Shown here piece after piece: positions 1 through 9,535 of a stretch of 32,000 nt of DNA. Origin of the DNA: Candidatus Iainarchaeum sp. (GTDB lineage: Archaea > Iainarchaeota > Iainarchaeia > Iainarchaeales > CSSED10-239); assembly GCA_028700115.1 (NCBI GenBank), contig JAQVTI010000008.1:1-32000 (forward strand), read 5' to 3'. Under the pieces are notes generated by a model that worked only from the letters and a program-made list of their open reading frames with translations, was not told the DNA's origin and searched no databases. Positions within the stretch are counted from its first letter, which is position 1, and each line of letters opens with the position of its first letter. The translations under genes were made by a program, and so were the position numbers.

Positions 1-710
1 GTTCTCATAGCTTGAAATCCTCTCCAAGGAATATATATCTTATATGTTCTTCTATCTAAAACAGGCTTTTGAATAACTTCATTATTTTTAAGTCTTTTAA
101 CTGTAACTTTAGGAAGCTTTTCAAAGTTTTCATCAGATAAATTTTCTCCTGTCAAAGTTATATAAAATGAACCAGTACATTCATCTGAATCTATTTCACA
201 ATTTACAACATCTAATTTTTCTCCTGCATCTAAAAACATCTGAGCTACAATTTTATTAAATTCAGATTCATTTTGAACAGTATTTACAAAAACTCTATAA
301 CCTATAGGGGATTTTGTAAATTCTAATTTATTTAAAATAGATTCAGAAAAATAACCAGTTACATTTCTTCCAAAAAATACACTATACCCCATAGAATTTA
401 CAAACTCATCCCAGGGCATATAAATTTCTTTTCTTGTAAGAGTAGTATAATTATCAGAACTAGATTTTACTTCTTCCCATTTTGTTCTAAAACCTAAAAC
501 AAATAAATTAAATGCATCTGCTTTTGATAAATCTGCAATTGTAGAAAGATCTGAATTAGAAGATTTTGATTCTATTAAATTCAAATTAGTTTCTTCAGTT
601 GCAACCATATTAAAAACTAAAACCAGACTCATAGATATAAGCATTAAAGAAACTAAAGCTGTAAAAAGATTAAATCCTTTTTCTGATTTTATAAAAATAT
701 TATATTTCAT
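1..710 (-). CDS. Type IV pilin-like protein with a class III signal peptide; partial, C-terminus lies beyond the window edge
   Basis: Absent from the ORF track because it runs off the window. My minus-strand translation from the ATG at 710..708 stays open to position 1: MKYNIFIKSEKGFNLFTALVSLMLISMSLVLVFNMVATEETNLNLIESKSSNSDLSTIADLSKADAFNLFVLGFRTKWEEV... A short basic N-terminus ends in K-G and is followed directly by a ~22-aa hydrophobic helix. That is the prepilin/archaellin-type signal pattern. It is co-directional with, and 183 bp downstream of, the giant ORF. Confidence 0.5.
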   Translation of the reverse strand, partial: MKYNIFIKSEKGFNLFTALVSLMLISMSLVLVFNMVATEETNLNLIESKSSNSDLSTIADLSKADAFNLFVLGFRTKWEEVKSSSDNYTTLTRKEIYMPWDEFVNSMGYSVFFGRNVTGYFSESILNKLEFTKSPIGYRVFVNTVQNESEFNKIVAQMFLDAGEKLDVVNCEIDSDECTGSFYITLTGENLSDENFEKLPKVTVKRLKNNEVIQKPVLDRRTYKIYIPWRGFQAMR

Positions 711-893
711 TTATAAAAAATATAAGAAGAAGAGCTTATAAATATTTTTATATATCAAAAATAAAAAAATAAAAAAAGTTTTTAAAAAAAATATTTTATA
801 AATTAAAAATTAATTTTAAAAAAATTATATTTTCTAAAATTATAATTATCTAAAAATTATTTTATTCTAAAATAATCTTTTTTAAAATAAATA

Positions 894-3800
894 TTAATTT
901 GAATTTAATCCAAAGTTTACAATTGAACAATTATCAAGTCTACTATCAGAAGTTATATTTGTATCAACTGTAGGACTAATAGTTAAAATATATCTACCAT
1001 GTGAATCATCTAAATTATTTTCTTCTAGAACAATTTGGTATAAAATATTTTTAGAAAAATCTACAGGTTCAATAATTGAAATTGAATTATTTAATAATAC
1101 AGCACCATTAGTTCTAACATTTTTAGAACCTACTATATTCCCTATAATCCCACATCCAATACCTCTTAAAAGACCTGCACCCATAGATGTTAATCTTGAT
1201 CCTCTTCTAACTGCATGATTTGTAGTATTATTTACATTTGAAATAAGTCTACTATAATCATTTGCAACATCATCTGCATAAGTATATACTCTTGTAGCTC
1301 CAGTTCCTGTAGGGGTACCTCTTTGAACAATATGTTCTAAATCTGTTAAATCTTTATTTAAATTATTTAATACATCTTTTGACTTTTTAAAATCATCTAA
1401 TGTCTTTTTTTCAACATTACTTAAATGCCTTCTATGTTCTAATTTTTTAATTTCATTTTCAACAGTATCTAAATTATTTTTCAAAATAGTCTTTTCAGTT
1501 GAAATATTATTTAATAAATCATCATATTCTGATTGGGTTAATTGCTTTACAGAAGAATTTATAGAAGACCCAGCTGAACTAGCACCAGCTGAAGCTGTTA
1601 AAATGTTTACTCTATTTTCTAATTTTAAAAATAACCCATTTCTAGAATTAAATATAGATTTATAAACTTCATCTGGACCTTTTAAAGAACCAGTTACATT
1701 AACTCCTCTAAAATTATTATTTCCACCAGTTACAATTCCCACTATTTTTTTAAACTCATCTAAATCTGCAGAAGTATTAATTTTAGTATAATCAAAACTT
1801 ACAGTTAAAGTTCCTGAATTTTTTAAAATTGAAGAATTTCTAATAATATTTAAAATTTCAGCATCACTATATATAGTTGAATTAATATATTTTATTTTAG
1901 AACCATTTGCAAATGAACTTATATACATTTTATTATTATGTAAATTATCAAATGTTGCTCTTAAATATTCATCTAAACTATGTGTGGTTTGTGTACAACG
2001 TATATTTGGAACTACTGGATTTACTGGATTTACTGGATTTGGGACAACAACTGTTGGAAGATCATCTAATAAAGATATGGTTTGAGAACTTGTTCCAATA
2101 GGTCTTGTTCTATTTAATCTAATTCCTGCAAAAACTCCAGAAATTACAGACATACTTTCGTCAAAAAAACCAGAAATATTCTCTGCAACTCTAAAAGAAT
2201 CTCCAACAGGCAAAATATCCATAATAAATTTATCAATTGCAACATCAAGTCCTTCAGAAGTATACCCATTTAATAAAATCCCAATTGAAGGAATTCCACA
2301 AGAAAATATTCCACAATCTATTAAAATATCTTTTAAAAATTTAACTTGCCCCGCAATTGGAATTAATAATAATATACCATCTACTGCAGCAGTACATGCA
2401 GAACAAGAAGCCATACATCCAACAAAATATTTTTCTGCATTATCTGTATATTTTTGTATTCTTGCTTTTTCTTGACTACTTGTAATATCTATATCACAAT
2501 CTAAAGATGCATATTCATAAAACCCAATGGCATCTGGATTATTTATATTATATTTTCTAATAACTTCACAAATATTTTCTGAATCTAGATTTGAATATGA
2601 ATTTTGCCAATCTACTAAAGCATATAATTCTAATAAATTAATCTCTTTATTTTGATTATCATAATTTTCAATTAACTCAGAAGTTTTTTCTAAAACATCT
2701 AAAGGAGTAATTCCACAACTAGATAAATGAATAATTGCTTCTGTTTTTCTTAAAGATAATTCTCCTGTTGCTTTATAAATACTATTTGCAGTAACTATAA
2801 TATCTTTTTCTACAAAAGCATTTATATTAGAATTTAATGGTACAAAACATATTTGTGTTTTAGAATAATTTTTATCAACAATATCTAATATGACATTTTC
2901 TAAAATATTATTATTATTATCTTTAAAATAAACATCTAAATTATTAGGACCTTTTACAGAAAGACTTACTCTTTCATCAATTCCAGAAGTTATTTCTAAA
3001 TCTTGACATCTTTCAAAATTATTTATTGGGATAGTAAATTCATCTTTTTTAAATTTTAATTCTCCAGCTTCTATTAATTCTAAAACTAATAAAGATTTTC
3101 TATCTTCTGTAATACATAATTTTGCAAAATCTTCTTTTGCTAAAATTCTACTAATTATTTTTACAGAATCTGAAACAACTTTTTCAGGAAGCTTATTATT
3201 TGTAAAATTTTCATATTTATTATTTATAATTAAATTAATTTGTTCGCCTTTTATTAAATTTTGAGAATAATCATAAAAACTGATTTTTGCAAGAGCTTCT
3301 TTATTTTCTGTAATTTTATCAATTGATGATTTTAAAATATTGTTTTTTAAATTTGTTTGTGAATTAAAAATAAATCTATTATCTGTATCTTTAAAATAAT
3401 TTAAAGAATCTATAACGCCTTTAGAAATTTCTTCTTCTCCAGTAAAAAGAGTAAGCCATGTTCCATAATTATATTTATTTGTAAGATCTAAATCCCATGG
3501 TATAAAATTTAAAAAATTAGAAATATTTTTAACACATTGATCTGTTTGTTTATATTCTATTAAATTTACATAAAAATAAACTCTATCTGGAAATATATGT
3601 TCATTATTTGCAGCAACAAATCCATCAACTTCAATAGTATATCTTCCACATCCTTTTATTCCATTTGTAAAAAATATTCTATTCCCAGAATTATAAAGTC
3701 CATAAACTTCTTTTGGAGTTGAGGTATATGGATTTACATCAACCATATATTTATTAAATTTATAATTTGTATTTTTTAATTCATTATATAATAAATCATC

Positions 3801-6800
3801 AGAAACATAATCATTTTGCATATAAAAAGTAAACTCAATAGGTTCAAGTGTAGATCCTAAATCAGAAATTGAACAAAACCCTTTAGCAGCATCAATAGTT
3901 GAACAACTTGTATTTGATAAAATATTTTGAGAATGTGCTGAAACTTGTAATATTTCTGAATATAATTCATTTATTTTTTCTAAAATTAATTTAGATACTG
4001 CAGAAGCATCACAATATCCATTTGTTGAACAATTTTTAGAAGATGAAATTATTGGGAATGTAATTAATTCTATTTTATTTGGATCTTGACATACAGAAAT
4101 TTCTATTTCTTTTGTTTGTTCTATATCTTTTAAATTATCTTGATCCTCTGAATAAATATTAATTGATGTAAGAATACTTTCTGAAGAAACATACCCTCCA
4201 GATGTTGTTTGTCCAACAATTGTAACTGGCATTGATGGATTTAATTTAAAATCATTAGCATATAAATCTAATGCAAATTGAGACATTCCATTTAATGGAA
4301 TTGTTTGATAACCTGAAGTAGGATATATACTAATTAAATTATTCCCAAAAGTCTCAAAATAACCAGCCCTACTTTTATCAATTCCAATAATTGTAACAGG
4401 CTCTGCACAATTATTTGTAATGGTTATATTTTTAGATCTTCTTTCTCCAATATTTAAATTATAAGAAAGCTTTTGAGGGGATATTTTTAAACAATTTGGA
4501 GATGAAATTAAAAATACAACTTTAATATAAGATACAATAGGGTCTCTTACTCCTGCAGCAGTTCCTTTTATAACAAAATACATATCATCAAAAGTAGATT
4601 TATTCATACTTACTTGAAATTTTAAATCAATTGGAACCATTTTTCCAGGTTCTAAAATTTCAATTTCTCTAGGATATTCTGTAACTGCCATATTCGATGA
4701 AACCCTTTCAGGATATTTACTAAGTTGTATATTTGATATAGGTATATTCCCTATATTTTTTATCCAAAATCTAACAGTAGTTATTGCTTGTTGTTGGGTT
4801 ATTACTTGTGTCATAGGGACAGTTACTATTTGTGGGGTTACCCATAAAGAATTACTTAAATCTAATAATTCTACATTTAATTTTGTAGGAGATAAAGAAT
4901 AATAATCATTATTCCATAAAATATTATAATTATATGTCTTTTTTTGAGTTCTATCTGAATTATTTTCAATAATTATATTATATAAAATTTCTTCTCCAGA
5001 AAGCACTGTAACATCTGTTAAAACAATATCAAGTTCATTATTAGAATTTGTTTTTTCTAAAATAAGTTCAGGATTAATTGTAACAGCTTTTTCACAGGAG
5101 TTATAAATTGTAAATCCAACTGTATTTTGAGAAGATCCTTTTGTATTTTTAAAAAGGCTTGAATAATATTTATTAAATCCATCTGAATAATAATTTATAT
5201 TATTATTAGTTTGATAAACATCTCCATAATAAGAACTTGTTTGACCTCCTAAAGAAGAATTATAAGAACTTTCATAATTATTATTATAAAAATCTGTATA
5301 ATCTGTAGAAAAATATTCATTTTGAGAATAATCATTATTTATTCCAACATAAGTATTTATTTCTTCTGGTTTAATTACTAAACAATCATCTATAACCAAA
5401 CCTTTTATTATTCTAACAGGTATTAACTTTGCAACTTGCCTATTTCCTATAAGCCCATATATAGGTATTTTTGCAATTGCAGAAGTAAATTGTGAATCTT
5501 TTGAAGCAGTTGCAATAATTTCAAAATTGGTATTTGTATTTTTTAAAATAGTCACTGGTCCTCTAATATCTAAACTTAAAGAATCTGCTTGCTCTATCCA
5601 TATTGGTTCTCCAAAACTTATATCTGTTACAATTGTATCAGATAAATTTTCAATAAAGAAAGACTTTATTTCACTTGATTGAGAATTCCCTAAATTTATC
5701 AAAATTTCCTTAGGGGTATTTAAAACCCCATCATCTGCGATAAGTATTTCTCTAGTATAAGGCTTATAACCATATGCAGAAACTGTAACATTTATTTTAT
5801 TTACTACGAAATCAACCTTTACTTTATAAACCCCTTTTTTTCCATTAAGATTATTTCCTTGAAATGAAGATATTAATTGATTATATTCATCTTCTATTTT
5901 AATAAATGCATTTTCTATAAAATTTCCATTTGTAGAATCAAATACTTCTATTTTTATATCAGAACCATATGAAACAATATAATCTGGGGTAAATAAAACA
6001 TTCATATTTCTTTTTTGGAAAATATCAAAATTTATTCTTTCGTTAATACCTTCTAAAGAATCAGAATAAATTAAAGTATCAATATAAGATATCCCAATAT
6101 TTTTTGCAATAAAAAATACATAAACTTTTTTTCTAATACCTGCATCTAATGATATTGTAGGTTGTGTAATATTATATTGAGAAATTGTTTCAAGATTAAT
6201 ATTTGTTGGATAAGAAAAATTATTTCCAGTTGAAATAAATGAAATTATAGGTTTTGTATTTGATGTAGAAACATCAAAATTAATAGTTGTATTTTTAAAA
6301 CTAAAAAATGTTGCCTCAAGAGCATATATTTCATCTTTTAATGCTATAAAATTATCTTTATCAAAATCAATTCCATCTTCAGAAATAAATTTATAAGATA
6401 CACAAACTTCATCTTTACAATTTAAAGGAATATCAAAAACATCTATTTCTATATTTTTAGATTCAGCATATAAAAATTGTTTAGAAGAATTTGATTTTTT
6501 ATCTAAAAGAACAGAATCAATTGGATCTCTATAATAAGAATTATCTATTTTATCCCAAACTCTATATTCAAAAATTGCTTTTAATTTAGAAGTATTTACA
6601 ACATTTACTTTTATTTTAATTTGCTTTGTTCCAATATCTTGAGATTGTTTCCAATAAAGTTCAACCCATTTATTTATTTGCCCAGCTTTTCCTTCATTTA
6701 AAAAATCAACATCTTGATTTCCAGGTTCTGGTAAATAATTGTATGTTGTAGAATATCTAAAATCTGTAGAATCAGATAAAAATCCAGAAATACCATAACT

Positions 6801-8810
6801 CATATTTTCAGAATCAATTTCAAGATCATCTCCAGCTCTAATATGTACCCCACCTTCTTTTACATTTTTTGGGAAAAAAACATCAAAAATAAGATAATAA
6901 TCTTTTCCTTCTGATAAAAAATTTACAGTTTTTCCAAAAGAATCTTTTATTTCTACAAATTCTATTATTGGATAATTCCCTTCAAGATCATTTTCTGGAT
7001 TTGTAATTGTAATACTTACAAACCCATCTTCATCTAAATTTTCTAAAGAAAAAGGAATTGTTGTAATATTCCCATTTTCATCATAATAATCTGCAAAAAA
7101 TTCAGAATATCCTATATTATTAAAAAATATACGACCTTGATTTAAATCATCATCAAAAAGAACAGTATTATCTTTTGTTCTAATTGTTAAATGACCATCA
7201 TCTATTAAACTACCATCTTTATTTAAAATTTCTAAATCTACTAAAATATCTGCTTTATCTATTACAAATATAATTTTATTTTCTAAATAATCACTTATTG
7301 TAATATATTCAGAAATAGTTAAATCACCTACAAACACTTCAACTGCAAATTGTGAAAAGTTTTCTAAAGGAATAGATAAACTACCAGTTAAATCTACAGA
7401 ATAAATTTCTGAATATGGGAGTATTAATTCATCTTGAATTTTATAAATTCTTATTTTTGCAGAACTTACAGGTAAATTTTTACTATCTACAACAAATATA
7501 TTTAATAAAGAACTATTGTCTATTTTAATTTTTTCTAAAAAAATATCCTCTTGATTTTTTTCTTTTAATGAAATTTTTTTAACAGAACATAAATATGAAT
7601 CTTTACATGCAGAAACAATAATATTTGAATCATTTTCTAAACCTGAAAATATAATTTTTCCAGAAAAATCAGTAATATTTGTATCTATAACATTATTATT
7701 TAAATCATAAATTGTAACTTTTGAATCTTCTAAAGGAATATATTGATCTAAATCTAATATATTTAAAGAAATTGAAGAACCCCCAACTTCTAAAATTATT
7801 GGAATAATTTTTTCTAATTCTAATATTCTATAAGAAGTTTGATTATCACTAAAATTAGTTCTATATCCTTCTTTTGAAACACTAAAATTTATTGTTTCTC
7901 CAGAATTAACTTTTATCAAAGCCTTCCCATCAATTGTTTTTGTAGTATCAATTAAATTTCCTTCAAGATTATATACATCAACAATTGCATCATTAATTAA
8001 ATTCCCAGAAATATCATTTACTATAAAAATAACATCTGACTTCCCAGAAAAAGAAATATCTGAACTAATTACTAAATTTATTTCTTTTGTTTCAGAAGGA
8101 TTTATAAGTTTAAAATTTCTAATTACAAAATCTTCATAATTATCTGCTTTTATTAAAATATCTGATGTTTTATTTAATGGAACATCTAAAATTATATTAT
8201 AATTATCTTTTTCTAAAGAATTAAAATTTTGATTAAAATCTTGACCATTTAATTTATATGAAATTGTTGCAATTGAATTAGGAATTATTTTTTTATTATC
8301 AGAATCATATATTATTAATTTTAAAGAACCATATTCTATAATTTCATCAAAAGATATAATAATTTTATCATTTTTAGAAATTATTGTAAATTCTTTACTA
8401 AAAGATACATATCCTTCTTTTTCTGCTTTTAAGGAATAAACTTTTCCAATTTTTAATTTTTTATTTGTAATCACATCTTTATTATTTATATTCCCAGAAA
8501 AAATATTGTCTTTATCAACAGAATTAATTTTTAAATAAACATCATTTATTTCAAAATTACTATAATCATAAATATTAAATTCCAAAGATACTTTTGGAGA
8601 AAAGATACCAATTAATAAAAAAATTAAAATTAAAATAATTATTAAAAAGATACCTCCAAAAACAGCAACTGGAGGAATTCCCTTATCTTCTAACTTTTCA
8701 TTAATAGAATTTAAATTAATTCCTTTTTTTGTAATCCAATCTGAAAATTTATAATAAATATTTTCAACATAGTTAAATAATTTTGAAAAAAAATTTTGTT
8801 TCTCACTCAT
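894..8810 (-). CDS. Giant (2,638 aa) membrane-anchored surface/adhesin-like protein with repeated beta-sandwich domains
   Basis: An uninterrupted 7.9-kb ORF in a genome where random ORFs are short. The N-terminus has ~47 polar residues and then a TM helix (VAVFGGIFLIIILILIFLLIGIF). At least 7 segments of ~85-95 aa follow the CarboxypepD_reg/PEGA-like pattern, for example VIFIVNDISGNLINDAIVDVYNLEGNLIDTTKTIDGKALIKVNSGETINFSVSKEGYRT and KINVTVSAYGYKPYTREILI. Later segments look CARDB-like (VRFWIKNIGNIPISNIQL, SKNITITNNCAEPVTIIG). No catalytic motif was recognised. Confidence 0.85.
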   Translation of the reverse strand: MSEKQNFFSKLFNYVENIYYKFSDWITKKGINLNSINEKLEDKGIPPVAVFGGIFLIIILILIFLLIGIFSPKVSLEFNIYDYSNFEINDVYLKINSVDKDNIFSGNINNKDVITNKKLKIGKVYSLKAEKEGYVSFSKEFTIISKNDKIIISFDEIIEYGSLKLIIYDSDNKKIIPNSIATISYKLNGQDFNQNFNSLEKDNYNIILDVPLNKTSDILIKADNYEDFVIRNFKLINPSETKEINLVISSDISFSGKSDVIFIVNDISGNLINDAIVDVYNLEGNLIDTTKTIDGKALIKVNSGETINFSVSKEGYRTNFSDNQTSYRILELEKIIPIILEVGGSSISLNILDLDQYIPLEDSKVTIYDLNNNVIDTNITDFSGKIIFSGLENDSNIIVSACKDSYLCSVKKISLKEKNQEDIFLEKIKIDNSSLLNIFVVDSKNLPVSSAKIRIYKIQDELILPYSEIYSVDLTGSLSIPLENFSQFAVEVFVGDLTISEYITISDYLENKIIFVIDKADILVDLEILNKDGSLIDDGHLTIRTKDNTVLFDDDLNQGRIFFNNIGYSEFFADYYDENGNITTIPFSLENLDEDGFVSITITNPENDLEGNYPIIEFVEIKDSFGKTVNFLSEGKDYYLIFDVFFPKNVKEGGVHIRAGDDLEIDSENMSYGISGFLSDSTDFRYSTTYNYLPEPGNQDVDFLNEGKAGQINKWVELYWKQSQDIGTKQIKIKVNVVNTSKLKAIFEYRVWDKIDNSYYRDPIDSVLLDKKSNSSKQFLYAESKNIEIDVFDIPLNCKDEVCVSYKFISEDGIDFDKDNFIALKDEIYALEATFFSFKNTTINFDVSTSNTKPIISFISTGNNFSYPTNINLETISQYNITQPTISLDAGIRKKVYVFFIAKNIGISYIDTLIYSDSLEGINERINFDIFQKRNMNVLFTPDYIVSYGSDIKIEVFDSTNGNFIENAFIKIEDEYNQLISSFQGNNLNGKKGVYKVKVDFVVNKINVTVSAYGYKPYTREILIADDGVLNTPKEILINLGNSQSSEIKSFFIENLSDTIVTDISFGEPIWIEQADSLSLDIRGPVTILKNTNTNFEIIATASKDSQFTSAIAKIPIYGLIGNRQVAKLIPVRIIKGLVIDDCLVIKPEEINTYVGINNDYSQNEYFSTDYTDFYNNNYESSYNSSLGGQTSSYYGDVYQTNNNINYYSDGFNKYYSSLFKNTKGSSQNTVGFTIYNSCEKAVTINPELILEKTNSNNELDIVLTDVTVLSGEEILYNIIIENNSDRTQKKTYNYNILWNNDYYSLSPTKLNVELLDLSNSLWVTPQIVTVPMTQVITQQQAITTVRFWIKNIGNIPISNIQLSKYPERVSSNMAVTEYPREIEILEPGKMVPIDLKFQVSMNKSTFDDMYFVIKGTAAGVRDPIVSYIKVVFLISSPNCLKISPQKLSYNLNIGERRSKNITITNNCAEPVTIIGIDKSRAGYFETFGNNLISIYPTSGYQTIPLNGMSQFALDLYANDFKLNPSMPVTIVGQTTSGGYVSSESILTSINIYSEDQDNLKDIEQTKEIEISVCQDPNKIELITFPIISSSKNCSTNGYCDASAVSKLILEKINELYSEILQVSAHSQNILSNTSCSTIDAAKGFCSISDLGSTLEPIEFTFYMQNDYVSDDLLYNELKNTNYKFNKYMVDVNPYTSTPKEVYGLYNSGNRIFFTNGIKGCGRYTIEVDGFVAANNEHIFPDRVYFYVNLIEYKQTDQCVKNISNFLNFIPWDLDLTNKYNYGTWLTLFTGEEEISKGVIDSLNYFKDTDNRFIFNSQTNLKNNILKSSIDKITENKEALAKISFYDYSQNLIKGEQINLIINNKYENFTNNKLPEKVVSDSVKIISRILAKEDFAKLCITEDRKSLLVLELIEAGELKFKKDEFTIPINNFERCQDLEITSGIDERVSLSVKGPNNLDVYFKDNNNNILENVILDIVDKNYSKTQICFVPLNSNINAFVEKDIIVTANSIYKATGELSLRKTEAIIHLSSCGITPLDVLEKTSELIENYDNQNKEINLLELYALVDWQNSYSNLDSENICEVIRKYNINNPDAIGFYEYASLDCDIDITSSQEKARIQKYTDNAEKYFVGCMASCSACTAAVDGILLLIPIAGQVKFLKDILIDCGIFSCGIPSIGILLNGYTSEGLDVAIDKFIMDILPVGDSFRVAENISGFFDESMSVISGVFAGIRLNRTRPIGTSSQTISLLDDLPTVVVPNPVNPVNPVVPNIRCTQTTHSLDEYLRATFDNLHNNKMYISSFANGSKIKYINSTIYSDAEILNIIRNSSILKNSGTLTVSFDYTKINTSADLDEFKKIVGIVTGGNNNFRGVNVTGSLKGPDEVYKSIFNSRNGLFLKLENRVNILTASAGASSAGSSINSSVKQLTQSEYDDLLNNISTEKTILKNNLDTVENEIKKLEHRRHLSNVEKKTLDDFKKSKDVLNNLNKDLTDLEHIVQRGTPTGTGATRVYTYADDVANDYSRLISNVNNTTNHAVRRGSRLTSMGAGLLRGIGCGIIGNIVGSKNVRTNGAVLLNNSISIIEPVDFSKNILYQIVLEENNLDDSHGRYILTISPTVDTNITSDSRLDNCSIVNFGLNSN
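2014..2040. repeat. Perfect 3x tandem 9-nt repeat (actggattt) inside the giant ORF, encoding a PVNPVNPV linker
   Basis: Read directly: actggattt actggattt actggattt at 2014..2040. On the minus strand this encodes ...VPNPVNPVNPVVPN... It also creates the spurious plus-strand ORF 1907..2101 (LLDLLDLLDL). Confidence 0.95.
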
Positions 8811-9172
8811 ATTTTTCGTCTCATTTTTTTTAGTTTAAAAATTTTATATTAATTACAATATATATTCTTTATTTATATATAATATATATAAAATATATAA
8901 AGATATCTATAATATATTAATTCTATAAAGTTATTTAAATATATTTTATTTTAAAAAAAAAGAAAAAAAGAAAAATTATTTTTTAAATAACTCTTTTATA
9001 CCTTTATCAAATACAATTACATAAAAAAACACATAGATTAATTAAAAATAAAACTAATTGAAACTATAAATATTTCTATTAAAGATATTAATTTTTGAAT
9101 ACATCTAAAATATACTCTTTTTAAACATTTTGAAATGAAATATAAATACATTATAATAATTAAAAGGAGGAA

Positions 9173-9517
9173 ATGAATATGATTAAACTTCAAAAAATTG
9201 GAGCTTATGCATTTCTACTTGGTATTTTAATTTCAATAATTTTTGGATTAATTAGTTCTCTTACAAATGCTTCATGGGTTCAAATTGTTCTAATTGTTTT
9301 AGGATTAGTTGTTGGATTATTAAATATTGAAGATAGAAACATAAGTTTATTTTTAATTGCAACAATTGCTTTTATTGCAACTTCAACATCTCTAAACTCT
9401 CTTCCAATAATAGGAAGTATCTTTAGAAATGTTTTAGTTAACATGATACATTTTATAGCACCAGCTGCATTAATTGTTTCAATCGTAGCAATAATTAGAG
9501 TTGCAAACAACAAATAG
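9173..9517 (+). CDS. Small integral membrane protein (3-4 TM helices), function unknown
   Basis: The ORF has a strong SD (aAGGAGGaa at 9163..9171) just upstream. ATG codons at 9173 and 9179 are both possible, and 9179 gives the better SD spacing. The protein is hydrophobic throughout (AYAFLLGILISIIFGLI, IVLIVLGLVVGLL, LFLIATIAFIA, FIAPAALIVSIVAII). Confidence 0.6.
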   Translation: MNMIKLQKIGAYAFLLGILISIIFGLISSLTNASWVQIVLIVLGLVVGLLNIEDRNISLFLIATIAFIATSTSLNSLPIIGSIFRNVLVNMIHFIAPAALIVSIVAIIRVANNK

Positions 9518-9535
9518 TTTTTATTTTAAAAAAAA

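Noticed and set aside
1907-2101. 64-aa plus-strand ORF inside the giant gene
   Set aside because: It is antisense to a long, clearly coding ORF. Its LLDLLDLLDL core is just the reverse reading of the 9-nt tandem repeat. There is no SD or promoter context.
8811-9172. 360-bp extremely AT-rich divergent intergenic region considered as a replication origin
   Set aside because: I recognised no ORB-like repeated elements or inverted-repeat pairs, and there is no cdc6/orc1 gene nearby. It is adequately explained as two divergent promoter regions.
9280-9513. 77-aa minus-strand ORF
   Set aside because: It lies fully antisense within the SD-preceded membrane protein gene 9173..9517. Such shadow ORFs are typical of AT-rich sequence.
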